Shown here: positions 29,101-39,000 of the stretch, piece by piece | Layout: each line of letters begins with the position of its first letter | How positions within the stretch are numbered: the stretch's first letter is position 1 | DNA from: Candidatus Bathyarchaeota archaeon | GTDB taxonomy: Archaea; Thermoproteota; Bathyarchaeia; 40CM-2-53-6 | Direction of reading: 5' to 3' | DNA: 64,000 bases | NCBI GenBank assembly: GCA_963726255.1 | Contig: CAVSBL010000002.1 | Span: 1,824,001 to 1,888,000 of the forward strand | Notes under the pieces: generated by a model | Databases searched by the model: none | What the model was told of the DNA's origin: nothing | What the model saw: only the letters and a program-made list of their open reading frames with translations | Program-made: the position numbers and the translations under genes

Positions 29101-29120
29101 GCCAGATTCCCACCAGAATA
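29101..29120 (+). promoter_or_regulatory. Candidate operator copy 3
   Basis: GCCAGATTCCCACCAGAATA, ~60 bp upstream of the oxidoreductase start. Confidence 0.45.
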
Positions 29121-29215
29121 GATTCAAGTTTTCGCTTACGGCAGCGTAATTCAAAGGCCCAGAAAGTTTCGTTTATGGGAAAGCATATCTTCGTTCACGT
29201 TTCGATTATGCGGGC

Positions 29216-30094
29216 GTGGTTGTTATGGAAGTGAAGCGTGTAGGCGTGTTAGGGGCCGGCCTCATGGGGCACGGTATCGCACAGGTTTGTGCACAGACTG
29301 GTAAATTCGACGTGACGATGCGGGATATTGAGCAACGTTTTGTCGACAATGGAATGAAGATGATCCGGGACAGCCTCCAACGTTTCGTTAAGAAGGGAAC
29401 CATGAGTGAGAGTGAATCCAAAGAAATCTTGAGTCGAATTCACCCAACCCTCGACTTGAAGGAGGCGGTACAGAATGCGGACTTGGTCATTGAGGCTGTG
29501 ACAGAGAATCCGCCCCTGAAGAAACAGGTCCTCGCGGAAGCCGACAAGTATGCGCCCGCTCACGCAATAATCGCTTCAAATACGTCTTCAATCAGCATCA
29601 CTGAGATTGGGGCCGCGACGAAGAGGCCTGAGAAGGTCTGCGGGATGCATTTCTTCAACCCGCCCCAGCTGATGAGGCTCATTGAAATCGTGCGCGGTTT
29701 GAAGACATCAGACGAGACAGTGGAGGCTATCAAACAAGTAACCGCGAAGCTGGGTAAGGAACCTGTTGTTGTCAAGAAAGACACGCCGGGTTTCATCGTG
29801 AACCGCATTCTCGTTCCAGCTCTGAACGAGGCTGCATTCCTAGTGGCCGAAGGTGTAGCTGAACCGGAGGACATTGACAAGGCATGCGTACTCGGCCTCA
29901 ACTGGCCTATGGGGCCGTTGAAGCTGCTCGACTACGTTGGCATCGATACCACCCTCTTCATTGCAGATGTGATGGTAAACGAAACTGGCGACCCAAAGTT
30001 CCGTCCCAGTAGTCTCCTGAAGCAGATGGTGCGTGCGAACCTCCTCGGTAGGAAGTCCGGGCGAGGGTTCTACGACTGGACGGAGAAGAAATAG
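29216..30094 (+). CDS. hbd: 3-hydroxyacyl/3-hydroxybutyryl-CoA dehydrogenase
   Basis: GAGLMGHGIA, ASNTSS, GMHFFNP, GFIVNR, PMGPL, GRKSGRGFY. Confidence 0.92.
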   Translation: MVVMEVKRVGVLGAGLMGHGIAQVCAQTGKFDVTMRDIEQRFVDNGMKMIRDSLQRFVKKGTMSESESKEILSRIHPTLDLKEAVQNADLVIEAVTENPPLKKQVLAEADKYAPAHAIIASNTSSISITEIGAATKRPEKVCGMHFFNPPQLMRLIEIVRGLKTSDETVEAIKQVTAKLGKEPVVVKKDTPGFIVNRILVPALNEAAFLVAEGVAEPEDIDKACVLGLNWPMGPLKLLDYVGIDTTLFIADVMVNETGDPKFRPSSLLKQMVRANLLGRKSGRGFYDWTEKK

Positions 30095-30106
30095 AGAATT
30101 CAGGCC

Positions 30107-30802
30107 TCAGAACTGAGGCTTGAAATCGTCCGTCATCGTGCCCAGTCCACCCAACCCCACGGAGAATCCTTTCGCACCCTTGAATTGGGTGTGATCCATG
30201 GCAATAGCGTAGGCTACGGCCACGTATGGGTCGAGTTCTTGGCTTAGAATTTCGATGCCATATGAATCTCGGACGCTGACCCATTTCTTGTGGATTTGCG
30301 CTATCTCGGTTCCCGAGGGGGATTGAATTGAGAAGTTATGTTCAGTTATGTTCCCCTTGATTCGAGCAATCTCCGTCCCCGATGCATCTTCAAGCCACCA
30401 CTCTGATCCTATCAGTTTGAGGATTTTCTTCTTCACTACTCCGACGAGACTTTGGGCGTCATAAATCTCAAACGTCGGCCTTACAGTGAGCACCTTCCCA
30501 CGCATCTCGCCCAGCCTACTGCCGTCAGGGGTTTCAAAGTAGAATTGTGGTCCCCAGCTCACAATTTTCTTCTTCACATAAGCGAGAAGGTTACCGCTTC
30601 TATCCTTGATGCCAAACGTATCTCGTAGTGCCATAATCTTCTGTTCGATTATGTACTCGTTACCAGCAAAAACTGAGCTAGACGCGGCCACTGCAGGCGC
30701 GGGTGCTTTCAGGCTATCCATTTTCGTGCCACAGCTGGGACAGAATTTCACGTTATCCGGCACAGTACTACCGCATGATGGACACTGCAAACCTCTAACC
30801 AC
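30107..30802 (-). CDS. Zinc-ribbon plus LURP-one/scramblase (Tubby-C-like) domain protein
   Basis: CPSC..FCPSCG N-terminus; IEQKIMALRDTF, IHKKWVSVRDSYGIEI. Confidence 0.8.
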   Translation of the reverse strand: MVRGLQCPSCGSTVPDNVKFCPSCGTKMDSLKAPAPAVAASSSVFAGNEYIIEQKIMALRDTFGIKDRSGNLLAYVKKKIVSWGPQFYFETPDGSRLGEMRGKVLTVRPTFEIYDAQSLVGVVKKKILKLIGSEWWLEDASGTEIARIKGNITEHNFSIQSPSGTEIAQIHKKWVSVRDSYGIEILSQELDPYVAVAYAIAMDHTQFKGAKGFSVGLGGLGTMTDDFKPQF

Positions 30803-31026
30803 TCACACGCGTGACCACTGGTTTGGCCGTTATATGGCTGCCGAGTTGAGTAGTTCCATGCTGAGCTTATATTTTCTAAATCCTAGATTCTGAAGAAAGC
30901 TGGGATAAGTGGATGCCTAAGAAACCGCGTAGAAAGCAACGAGCAATCTTTCTACAACAACCATGATTGAAACTAACCATCAAAGGCCGATATAACGACC
31001 TTGTTTGAGCGCAAGCACTGAAGCTG

Positions 31027-33834
31027 GTGAAAGACCAAATAGGCAAGGGATATTGCTTTGCCACAAATGAGCGACAATTGAGCGGCCCCCCTGAAGTCTT
31101 CGAAGAGAAGTGGCATGCTCTCGAGCCAGCGGCGGCTCTGGAAGCCCTGGGTTCGAATCCAAAGCAGGGACTCACGGGCAGTGAGGCGAAGTCTCGCATT
31201 ACGCTCTACGGCTTGAATGAGCTTGCGGAAGCGAAGAGAGCATCTTCGTGGAAGCTGCTTCTAGCTCAATTTAAGGAAACGCTCATCCTAATCCTGATTG
31301 CTGCAGCCATAATTTCTATCGCGGTAGGAGAGACCTTAGATTCAGCGGTAATCCTAGCAATTGTTCTTGCCTCAGCCGGGTTGGGTTTCTATCAGGAGTA
31401 CAGGGCGGAACAGTCCCTCGCACTTCTAAAGAAGTTGGCTGCGCCGGCAGCTACGATTGTGAGGGATGGGCAGACAATTGTTGTTCCTGCGAGGGAGCTC
31501 GTTCCTGGCGACCTCATTCTTCTTGACCCAGGCGATAAGGTTCCAGCCGATGCGAGAATAATCGAGGCAATGAATTTGCAGGTTGACGAAGCGGTACTCA
31601 CCGGCGAATCAGCGCCTGCCAGTAAATCGACGAAAGCCCTTGAGGCTGTCGCTCCCTTGCCTGACCGCAACAACATCGCGTTCTCGGGAACTATCGTGAC
31701 CTATGGCCGCGGAAAGGCAGTTGTCTTCGCTACAGGTATGGGAACTGAATTTGGAAAGATAGCTCGCTTAATCGAAACCGACGAGCAGGAAGAGACGCCG
31801 TTAGAGAAGCGGATGGACGAGCTTGGCAAGTGGATGGTCAAGGTACTTCTCGTTACCGTTGTCCTAGTCTCACTGCTCGGTGTACTTCACGGCCGCGCGC
31901 TTCTGGACATGTTTCTGTGGGGCGTAAGCTTAGCCGTTGCAGCCGTCCCAGAAGCGCTTCCTGCCGTTGTAACCGGCGCCTTAGCGATAGGAGTCTATCG
32001 AATGGCACGCATGAACTCAATAGTCCGACATCTGCCAGCCACAGAGACCCTAGGTTCGACCACAGTCATTTGCACAGACAAAACCGGAACTCTAACCAAA
32101 GGCGAAATGACTGTAAAGAAAATCTACGCGCAAGACAGCATTTTCGAGGTCGGCGGCGTGGGCTATGAGCCGCAGGGCGAATTCAAACCGCCTCTGCCAC
32201 AGGCTAGCAATGGCCAAGTCAGACTCGCTTGCCTCTGTGGAGCTCTCTGCAACGATTCAAACCTTGCAAATCAAAGCGGTGCATGGAAGATTATCGGCGA
32301 CCCAACTGAAGGGGCGTTACTTGTAGCCGCTGCAAAAGCAGCAATCGACGTGGACGCTGCACGCATCGACTACCCACGCGTAACCGAGGTCCCTTTCACA
32401 TCCGAAAGAAAGATGATGACAACAGTCCACAAAACAAAGACAGGCCAGTACTTGGTCGCCAGCAAAGGCGCTCCAGAAATCATCTTGGAGAAATGCAACA
32501 AAGTTACGCATTCACCGTCGAGTGTAGCACTAGATCAAGATTCACGGCAACAGATACTGCGAACTAACAACGGTTTCGCCGCGGACGGATTTCGCGTCAT
32601 CTCTGTGGCTTACAAATTCTTGGAAAAACTGCCAGACGAAGTGGATGAACGGATTGAACACGACATGACTTTCCTCGGATTAATGGCCATGATTGATCCT
32701 CCAAGGCAGGAGGCAGCCGAGGCAGTGAAACTCTGTGAGAAGGCCGGAATACGCGTAGTCATGATCACGGGTGATCACAAGTTGACTGCCACTTGGGTCG
32801 CCAAAGAACTGAACATCTTGAAGGAAGACGACTTGGCGTTGACCGGAGCAGAGCTAGACAAAATGGGCGAAGAAGAGTTTGGTTCCATCGCAGAGAAAGT
32901 GAAAGTCTATTCCCGCACCTCTCCCGAACATAAGACTCGCATCGTTGAAGCACTCAAGAAGAGGGGAAACGTAGTCGCCATGACGGGGGATGGAATCAAC
33001 GATGCCCCCGCCCTCAAGAAAGCAGACATCGGCGTGGCTATGGGGATCACAGGGACGGACGTGACAAAGGAAGCGGCCGATATGATTCTTACCGACGACA
33101 ACTTCGCCTCAATCGTTTCCGCAGTCTATGAGGGCCGAGGCATATACGAGAACATTAGGAAATACTTGACATACCTACTCTCCGCCAACATTGGAGAGAT
33201 TCTGATCATGGCGGCCGCTGGGCTCTTGGCTCTCCCGCTCCCACTCCTCGCGAAACATCTCCTGTTCGTTAACTTGGCCACCGACGGCCTCCCCGCGTTG
33301 GCATTGGGCACCGACCCTCCCGAGCCGCTTCTCATGGAGAAGCCTCCACGAAACCCAAAGGAGAATATCTTAGCGACAGTCCACGGCTGGTTAGCGGGAA
33401 TAGCCACACTGCTACTGGTAGTTGCAGGCGCAGCCTTCGCGTATGGGCTGTTCAGCTACGGTTGGACATTTGCCCACCCGATCATCTTCGCTGAGCTCAA
33501 GGCGCGAAGCATGGTTTTCGCAACAATAGTACTCTTCGAAATCTTCTTCGCTTTCAGCTGCAGGTCCTTCGATCGTACATTCTTCGCAGTTGGCCCTCTC
33601 GGAAACAAATCGCTATTCGCAATCGTCTTGGGACAAGCCGTCCTCATGCCACTCATATTCCAAGTTCCAGTGTTGGCAAGCATTTTCAGCGTTACAGCCC
33701 TCAACCCTGTAGAATGGTTAATCGTAATTGCACTCAGCTCGTCGGGCTTCGTTGCAAGCGAACTATCAAAGGTCCTACGCAATTGGTTGACACGAAAGCC
33801 ATCTCAACCGAGCGTTGCTCAAAATTCGCATTGA
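31027..33834 (+). CDS. Cation-transporting P-type ATPase (type IIA, Ca2+-like)
   Basis: TGES, PEAL, DKTGT, KGAPE, TGDGINDAPALKKAD; start may be TTG 31078. Confidence 0.95.
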   Translation: MKDQIGKGYCFATNERQLSGPPEVFEEKWHALEPAAALEALGSNPKQGLTGSEAKSRITLYGLNELAEAKRASSWKLLLAQFKETLILILIAAAIISIAVGETLDSAVILAIVLASAGLGFYQEYRAEQSLALLKKLAAPAATIVRDGQTIVVPARELVPGDLILLDPGDKVPADARIIEAMNLQVDEAVLTGESAPASKSTKALEAVAPLPDRNNIAFSGTIVTYGRGKAVVFATGMGTEFGKIARLIETDEQEETPLEKRMDELGKWMVKVLLVTVVLVSLLGVLHGRALLDMFLWGVSLAVAAVPEALPAVVTGALAIGVYRMARMNSIVRHLPATETLGSTTVICTDKTGTLTKGEMTVKKIYAQDSIFEVGGVGYEPQGEFKPPLPQASNGQVRLACLCGALCNDSNLANQSGAWKIIGDPTEGALLVAAAKAAIDVDAARIDYPRVTEVPFTSERKMMTTVHKTKTGQYLVASKGAPEIILEKCNKVTHSPSSVALDQDSRQQILRTNNGFAADGFRVISVAYKFLEKLPDEVDERIEHDMTFLGLMAMIDPPRQEAAEAVKLCEKAGIRVVMITGDHKLTATWVAKELNILKEDDLALTGAELDKMGEEEFGSIAEKVKVYSRTSPEHKTRIVEALKKRGNVVAMTGDGINDAPALKKADIGVAMGITGTDVTKEAADMILTDDNFASIVSAVYEGRGIYENIRKYLTYLLSANIGEILIMAAAGLLALPLPLLAKHLLFVNLATDGLPALALGTDPPEPLLMEKPPRNPKENILATVHGWLAGIATLLLVVAGAAFAYGLFSYGWTFAHPIIFAELKARSMVFATIVLFEIFFAFSCRSFDRTFFAVGPLGNKSLFAIVLGQAVLMPLIFQVPVLASIFSVTALNPVEWLIVIALSSSGFVASELSKVLRNWLTRKPSQPSVAQNSH

Positions 33835-33854
33835 CGCAGCACGTCTCGCGATAA

Positions 33855-33872
33855 GGAAAAAAGAAAAAAGAA
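33855..33872 (-). terminator. Oligo-T terminator-like tract of the convergent minus-strand gene
   Basis: plus strand GGAAAAAAGAAAAAAGAA gives T-rich tracts on the minus strand just after the stop at 33895. Confidence 0.45.
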
Positions 33873-33894
33873 GGGTAGGGATGTTGGTAGAAGT

Positions 33895-34800
33895 TTAATG
33901 GTTTCTTTTTTGTTCAGTGCTCTGTGGTTTAGCTGCTTGAGGTTTACTTCTTCCTCGAAATGTAGCGAAGACCGCTAAAGCTGCGGCCAGAATGCCGAGG
34001 CCAACTGCGAGCACCTGATAGGTTTGCGTATTGCTGTTGGACGATGCTATTTGCTGATTCAGCTGGTTGATCGTCATGCTCTGCTGTGTGACGGTGCTTT
34101 GTAATTGCTGGTTTTGCGCCTGACTTTGCTGCAATTGTTGTTGAAGTGCTTGATATTGAGATTGAAGCGCTGCGTATTCAGGGGTGTTAGCTTTGATGTA
34201 GGATAAGGGCGCTATCGCGCTGTCGGTTGATGTGGATGAATAGGATGGGTAGTATGCGTAATAGTATGCGGGGTAAGTGTAGGAGTATTCGCAATACCAG
34301 TAACTGCAACTGTAGGAGTTGTTGTATGGATAATTATAGTAATAGTAGTATGGATAACCGTAGTAATTGTTGTTGTAGTTGTTCGATTGAGCCGTTTCAG
34401 AGAACGATGCCACGAGTGAGGTTCTCGGCGCATCTTGCGGAACAGTTACCTGGAAGCTCTTGCTGAAACTGCTTGTAGTGTAAGAAGAGCTGTAACCGTA
34501 ACTGTTCATGTTCGAATTGTTCGCTAGGGTCTGGCTGGTGAGCTGATGAAGTCCAGTCTCGTCGATGTAATAGATGGTTGCCGTCAGAGTTTTGAGGTAA
34601 ACATTGCTTTTCGGATTGACTTGCACGTTCACAGTAACGCTGTCCCCCGGCAAAACTTCAGAGGGGTACGTTACTTGGATGGTCGAGTAGGTCAGGTTAA
34701 CAGTGTAGGAGGCCTGGTTTGATTGCGCAAAGGCAGGGTTGAACAGGGCGATAGTCGTGAGGAGCACTGCCGAAAGGATGAGGGCGGTTGTAGGTTTCAT
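33895..34800 (-). CDS. Exported, C-terminally anchored protein with a Tyr-rich segment and Gln-rich coiled coil
   Basis: Signal peptide from ATG 34800 (MKPTTALIL...AFAQ), YYGYPYYYYYNYPY tract, QQQLQQ coil, C-terminal TM plus basic tail. Confidence 0.8.
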   Translation of the reverse strand: MKPTTALILSAVLLTTIALFNPAFAQSNQASYTVNLTYSTIQVTYPSEVLPGDSVTVNVQVNPKSNVYLKTLTATIYYIDETGLHQLTSQTLANNSNMNSYGYSSSYTTSSFSKSFQVTVPQDAPRTSLVASFSETAQSNNYNNNYYGYPYYYYYNYPYNNSYSCSYWYCEYSYTYPAYYYAYYPSYSSTSTDSAIAPLSYIKANTPEYAALQSQYQALQQQLQQSQAQNQQLQSTVTQQSMTINQLNQQIASSNSNTQTYQVLAVGLGILAAALAVFATFRGRSKPQAAKPQSTEQKRNH

Positions 34801-34916
34801 TTTTTGGTCGTACTGACAGTCCACATTGTCGGATATAAATGTGTCTTTATGTAGCACATAAACACAAATCGTAACGGGGGGCGCCTTGTAGCCGTCCAAA
34901 CTCCGCTTTCCATCAC

Positions 34917-35495
34917 TCAGAGATGCTTGAAATCATCCGGCGTGTCGACATCGCGCAGAACATTGGAAGAGCCCGCCTCGACGAATCGTATTCTTTCTTC
35001 ATGCTTCTTGGTCACTGCTTTTAGCCCGAATGACTGCTCGTCGATCTGTTCGATTTCCTTGAAGAGCTGACTATCCAATAGAATTGGGTGGCCGGGCCTA
35101 CCTCGATGGGCCGCGACAATTATTGGATACTTTCGACGCGTGTATTCGTCGATGACCAGGTTGATTGCGCTCGCATCTATCTTGGCTATGTCGCCTGGAA
35201 GGATGAGTATGGCCTGTGTCGTTTCGCTGATTTCTTTCAGCCCCACCTTCACGGAGCTGCTCTGGCCTTTCTCATAGTCTTTGTTCAGAACGAAACGGCA
35301 GGGGAGATCTTCGAGTGCCTTTTTGATCTTGTCGGCTTCCCAGCCGATGACTACGATCACTTCATCCACTTTCGACTTGAGCGCTGCTTCAACCACCCTG
35401 CGGATTATGGGCCTACCTTCAACCTTGATGAGGAGTTTGTTTCTGCCATGCATTCGGGTGGATTTGCCCGCAGCCAATACGATGAGTGAGAGCAT
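34917..35495 (-). CDS. mocA: MobA/MocA-like molybdenum cofactor nucleotidyltransferase
   Basis: IVLAAGKSTRM..NKLL, GQSSSVKVGL, GHPIL, DVDTPDD. Confidence 0.75.
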   Translation of the reverse strand: MLSLIVLAAGKSTRMHGRNKLLIKVEGRPIIRRVVEAALKSKVDEVIVVIGWEADKIKKALEDLPCRFVLNKDYEKGQSSSVKVGLKEISETTQAILILPGDIAKIDASAINLVIDEYTRRKYPIIVAAHRGRPGHPILLDSQLFKEIEQIDEQSFGLKAVTKKHEERIRFVEAGSSNVLRDVDTPDDFKHL

Positions 35496-35512
35496 CGGGA
35501 AATTCGACCATT

Positions 35513-36853
35513 CTATAGCAACATGGGCAAGAATTCTGCGGCGCCAGGTTTGCCTATCACTTGTTCATCATCGTATAATGGTTCTCCTCGGCGAATGGTC
35601 ATCATAGGCCACCCTTTCAATGTCCAACCTTCATATGGGGTCCATCCAACCTTGTAATGCAAATCTTCGGCCCTAACCTTCCGCCTAATCTTCAAGTCAA
35701 CGATAACTAGGTCTGCGTCGGCACCTTTCTGAATCACACCTTTTCTCGGGTAGAGGCCAAACACTTTCGCCGGGTTCTCGCAGCATACTCGCTGAAGAGC
35801 CGTCAGGCTGAGTCGGCGTTTATTTACTCCTTCACTCAACAGGACAGGGAGCATTGTTTCGATTGATGGGACGCCACCCCATGCCTTCCAGATATCGGTC
35901 CATCCCACCTCCTTCTCCGCGCGCTCCCCCGGCGCATGTTCCGAAGTAACCATGTCAATGGTTCCATCGCGTAGGCCCTTCCAGAGCGCTTGCACATCTC
36001 GCGGGCCCTTCAACGACGGGTTCATCTTCAGGTAAGGCCCCTGTTTCTTCATGTCTCCACCTGTGAAGGTTAGGTAGTGGGGGCATGTCTCCGCAGTCAC
36101 CCTAACTCGCCGCCGCTTATTTTTGCGAACAATTTCGACGCCCTCGCGAGTTGACATGTGGGAAATGTGAACTCTCGCCTTTAGCGTCCGTGAGAATTCA
36201 ACCACCTTCCTGACTGCGCGCTCCTCGGCAACGTTGGGTTTCCATTCAACGTGCGCCATCGGGTCTTTCCTACCTTCCGCGGTGAGCCTGTCGAAGTTTT
36301 CGTTGGCCGTTTGCTCATCTTCAGCGTGCACGTTCAGAATTGATCTTCGCATTGAAGTTTCGCGCATTAGGGACATGAGTGCGTGGTCGTCTGTGTAGTA
36401 AGGTGTGCATGTGAAGGTCTTGAATGACCGCACGCCTATGCTTGCGATTGCCGCTATGTTTGGGAGGTTGTTGAGGTTCATCATTCCTCCGTGGAGCGAG
36501 AAATCAATCAATGAAGACCGCTTTCCCAGCTCGATCTTATCCTTTACCCGTTCAGGTGTGTCGACGGGGGTTGAGAGAACCATCTCAACAACACTCGTGA
36601 CCCCTCCCGCCGCAGCGGCAGCAGTCCCCGTGGTGAAATCTTCGCGGTTTGTAAAGGCGGGGTCATGTAAGTGAGCGTGGCCGTCTACTAAGCCTGGAAG
36701 GATGAGTCTTCCCTTCGCATCAAGCCGCCGATCGGCAAGCTTAGGTTTCCTTACACCCACGTATTCGATTCTTTCATCTTCGATGAGAATATTGGCCGGC
36801 GTGAGGTGGCCTGCACGCACGAGTTTCCCATTCTCAATCAGAACAGACGCCAA
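35513..36853 (-). CDS. Allantoinase/dihydroorotase-family cyclic amidohydrolase
   Basis: DGHAH, ETCPHYL, KMNPSL, SEHAP, WGGVPSIE. Confidence 0.85.
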   Translation of the reverse strand: MASVLIENGKLVRAGHLTPANILIEDERIEYVGVRKPKLADRRLDAKGRLILPGLVDGHAHLHDPAFTNREDFTTGTAAAAAGGVTSVVEMVLSTPVDTPERVKDKIELGKRSSLIDFSLHGGMMNLNNLPNIAAIASIGVRSFKTFTCTPYYTDDHALMSLMRETSMRRSILNVHAEDEQTANENFDRLTAEGRKDPMAHVEWKPNVAEERAVRKVVEFSRTLKARVHISHMSTREGVEIVRKNKRRRVRVTAETCPHYLTFTGGDMKKQGPYLKMNPSLKGPRDVQALWKGLRDGTIDMVTSEHAPGERAEKEVGWTDIWKAWGGVPSIETMLPVLLSEGVNKRRLSLTALQRVCCENPAKVFGLYPRKGVIQKGADADLVIVDLKIRRKVRAEDLHYKVGWTPYEGWTLKGWPMMTIRRGEPLYDDEQVIGKPGAAEFLPMLL

Positions 36854-36911
36854 CGCTGGTCCCCAAACCGAATGGCTCTATGTGACGAAGCACTTTACTC
36901 TTGGTGTCTAA

Positions 36912-37514
36912 TCATACTAATCTGGCGTCGCTATCAATAGTTGCCACTAAAGCTTCGCCCAGTTTGCGGTAGCCTGAGACATCGGGGTGATTGCCATCAG
37001 GTGAACTCAGCAAGCGGTCTGGGTTGCCTGGGTCTCTTACCGCGCGATTAGTGTCGCAGAAGAGGGCTCCAAGCCGATTCGCGGTAACGGCTATCCAAGT
37101 GTTCAGGTCCGAGATCGCCTTTGATTCCCCGGCTGACGCTGTGTTGTAGGGAAGGACGGTCGCTGCAACTGGTCTAATTTTTGCAGCCGTAGTTTTCTCA
37201 TACATTGCGAGCAGGTGTTCTTTGACCGATTCTACCGGGGCGCCTTGGTAAACATCATTGACGCCCGCAAGGATCACGACGTAGTTTGGCGACTCCGAGA
37301 ATACATCGCGCTCGAACCTAGCCAAAATCTCATCTGACCTCTCGCCGTTGACGCCACGGTTTAGCACCGTCCATTCGGGATGCATCCGCATCATCCAGTA
37401 GGCGTACTGGCTTTCGGGGTTTCCTCGGCCGTTAGGGGGTGCTTCGAGCGGGGAGAGGAAACCGGGGGTCCCAGCCGTTGTTGAATCCCCCAAGCCAACA
37501 ATCCGCAACTTCAA
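36912..37514 (-). CDS. SGNH/GDSL hydrolase
   Basis: GDSTTAG, NRGVNG, GVND, DGNHP. Confidence 0.88.
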   Translation of the reverse strand: MKLRIVGLGDSTTAGTPGFLSPLEAPPNGRGNPESQYAYWMMRMHPEWTVLNRGVNGERSDEILARFERDVFSESPNYVVILAGVNDVYQGAPVESVKEHLLAMYEKTTAAKIRPVAATVLPYNTASAGESKAISDLNTWIAVTANRLGALFCDTNRAVRDPGNPDRLLSSPDGNHPDVSGYRKLGEALVATIDSDARLV

Positions 37515-37598
37515 AGCGGCTCAGCTCTTCATCTCAAATAGGGTTGCAACACAACCTATTTTATGAAAAGGTGTTGCTCCTGAGGTTGGTCCTCATTA

Positions 37599-38969
37599 TT
37601 GGTTGACCTTCTGATAAGAAATGGCGTTCTGGTCACAATGGATAGTCAGCGGCGCATCTTGGAGAACCACGCTATCGCCATCGAGCAAGGTAAGGTCGTG
37701 GAAATCGGGAAAACTGCTGACCTGCAGAAGAAGCACAGTACCGCCGAGGTCTTAGACGCATCGGGCCGCATCGTGATGCCCGGAATCGTCTGCAGCCACT
37801 CCCACCTCTATGGCATGCTACTGAGGGGAGCATCGCTGAAGATAACCCCACCTTCAGATTTTACGCAGATTCTTCAGCGTGTTTGGTGGCCCGTTGACGA
37901 GGCTATGAATTTCGAGGATGCCTACGCAAGCGCCTTGGTTGCTTCAGTTGAATTCGCCAAATCAGGTGTAACAACTTTCGCGGATACCTACTCAGGCCCG
38001 AACTCAATCACTGGCGTTCTGGACCATATTGCACGTGCGGTCGAGGAGGTTGGGATCAGGGGTTTCGTGGCCTTCGAAGCCACCGAGCGGCACTCTAAGG
38101 ATGAAGGAGCGAAAGGGGTACAGGAGAACGTAAGGTTCGCTGAGAAAACGCACTCCAAGCCGGAGAGTAAAGCCAAACCCCTCTTCAGCATCCACGCCTC
38201 CTTCACCGTTTCCGACGATCTCATCAAACGGGTGAAGGCGCTGGCGGCAAAGTACCGGGTGCCAATTACCATACATGCCTCGGAGGGGCTGGGGGATCTT
38301 CATCACAACCTAGAGAACTATGGGAAGCGGACCGTGGAGAGGTTACGTGACATCGGACTACTCGGGCCTGACGTCGTCCTAGCCCACTGCGTGAACCTCG
38401 ATGAGAATGAAATCGACACTATTGCTCAAACGAAGACTGGTGTCGCACACAACCCCATGAGCAACATGCTAAACGCAGTTGGAGTCGCACCCATCCTCAG
38501 AATGCTTGAGAAACAAATCAACGTGGGCTTGGGAAATGACGGATACATTTTCGACATGTTCGAGAACATGCGCTCAGCCTACCTTTTGCACCGCGTATAC
38601 CACAAGAACCCGAACGCAATCGACCCCTACACCGTCCTAGAGATGGCGACCGTAAACGGCGCCAAGCTGTATGGGATGGAGAAGGAATTAGGCTCCATAG
38701 AGGCTGGGAAGAGGGCTGATATAATCATAATCAAACCAAGCGTACTGCCCACACCGCTGAACGCGAGCAGCGCCGTAGGCCATCTGGTCAATACGGTGGA
38801 TGGGGACGATGTTGAAACCGTCCTCGTCGACGGCAAGCCAGTCGTCAAGAACAAGCAACTTCTCACCTTCGACGAAGAGAAGGCTCAATCAATTTCGCAA
38901 AACGCCGCGGCCAAACTGTGGGAACGTTTGGAAACTGTGAAGCCACAGGTAGATCCCCTAAAGAAATGA
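37599..38969 (+). CDS. Amidohydrolase (SsnA/guanine or MTA-SAH deaminase-like)
   Basis: HSHLY, HASE, LAHCV, HNPMSN, GLGNDG. Confidence 0.85.
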   Translation: MVDLLIRNGVLVTMDSQRRILENHAIAIEQGKVVEIGKTADLQKKHSTAEVLDASGRIVMPGIVCSHSHLYGMLLRGASLKITPPSDFTQILQRVWWPVDEAMNFEDAYASALVASVEFAKSGVTTFADTYSGPNSITGVLDHIARAVEEVGIRGFVAFEATERHSKDEGAKGVQENVRFAEKTHSKPESKAKPLFSIHASFTVSDDLIKRVKALAAKYRVPITIHASEGLGDLHHNLENYGKRTVERLRDIGLLGPDVVLAHCVNLDENEIDTIAQTKTGVAHNPMSNMLNAVGVAPILRMLEKQINVGLGNDGYIFDMFENMRSAYLLHRVYHKNPNAIDPYTVLEMATVNGAKLYGMEKELGSIEAGKRADIIIIKPSVLPTPLNASSAVGHLVNTVDGDDVETVLVDGKPVVKNKQLLTFDEEKAQSISQNAAAKLWERLETVKPQVDPLKK

Positions 38970-39000
38970 GCAAAATCAGATGCGTTCTCAGTGTGGCTAA

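Noticed and set aside
31148-31162. GGGTTCGAATCC T-loop-like sequence
   Set aside because: Lies inside the P-type ATPase coding frame (LGSNP) with no cloverleaf context.
34828-34858. dif-like GTCGGATATAA-ATGTGTCT-TTATGTAGCAC
   Set aside because: The spacer is 8 bp and the arms pair poorly; better explained as the TTTATA promoter box of the gene starting at 34800.
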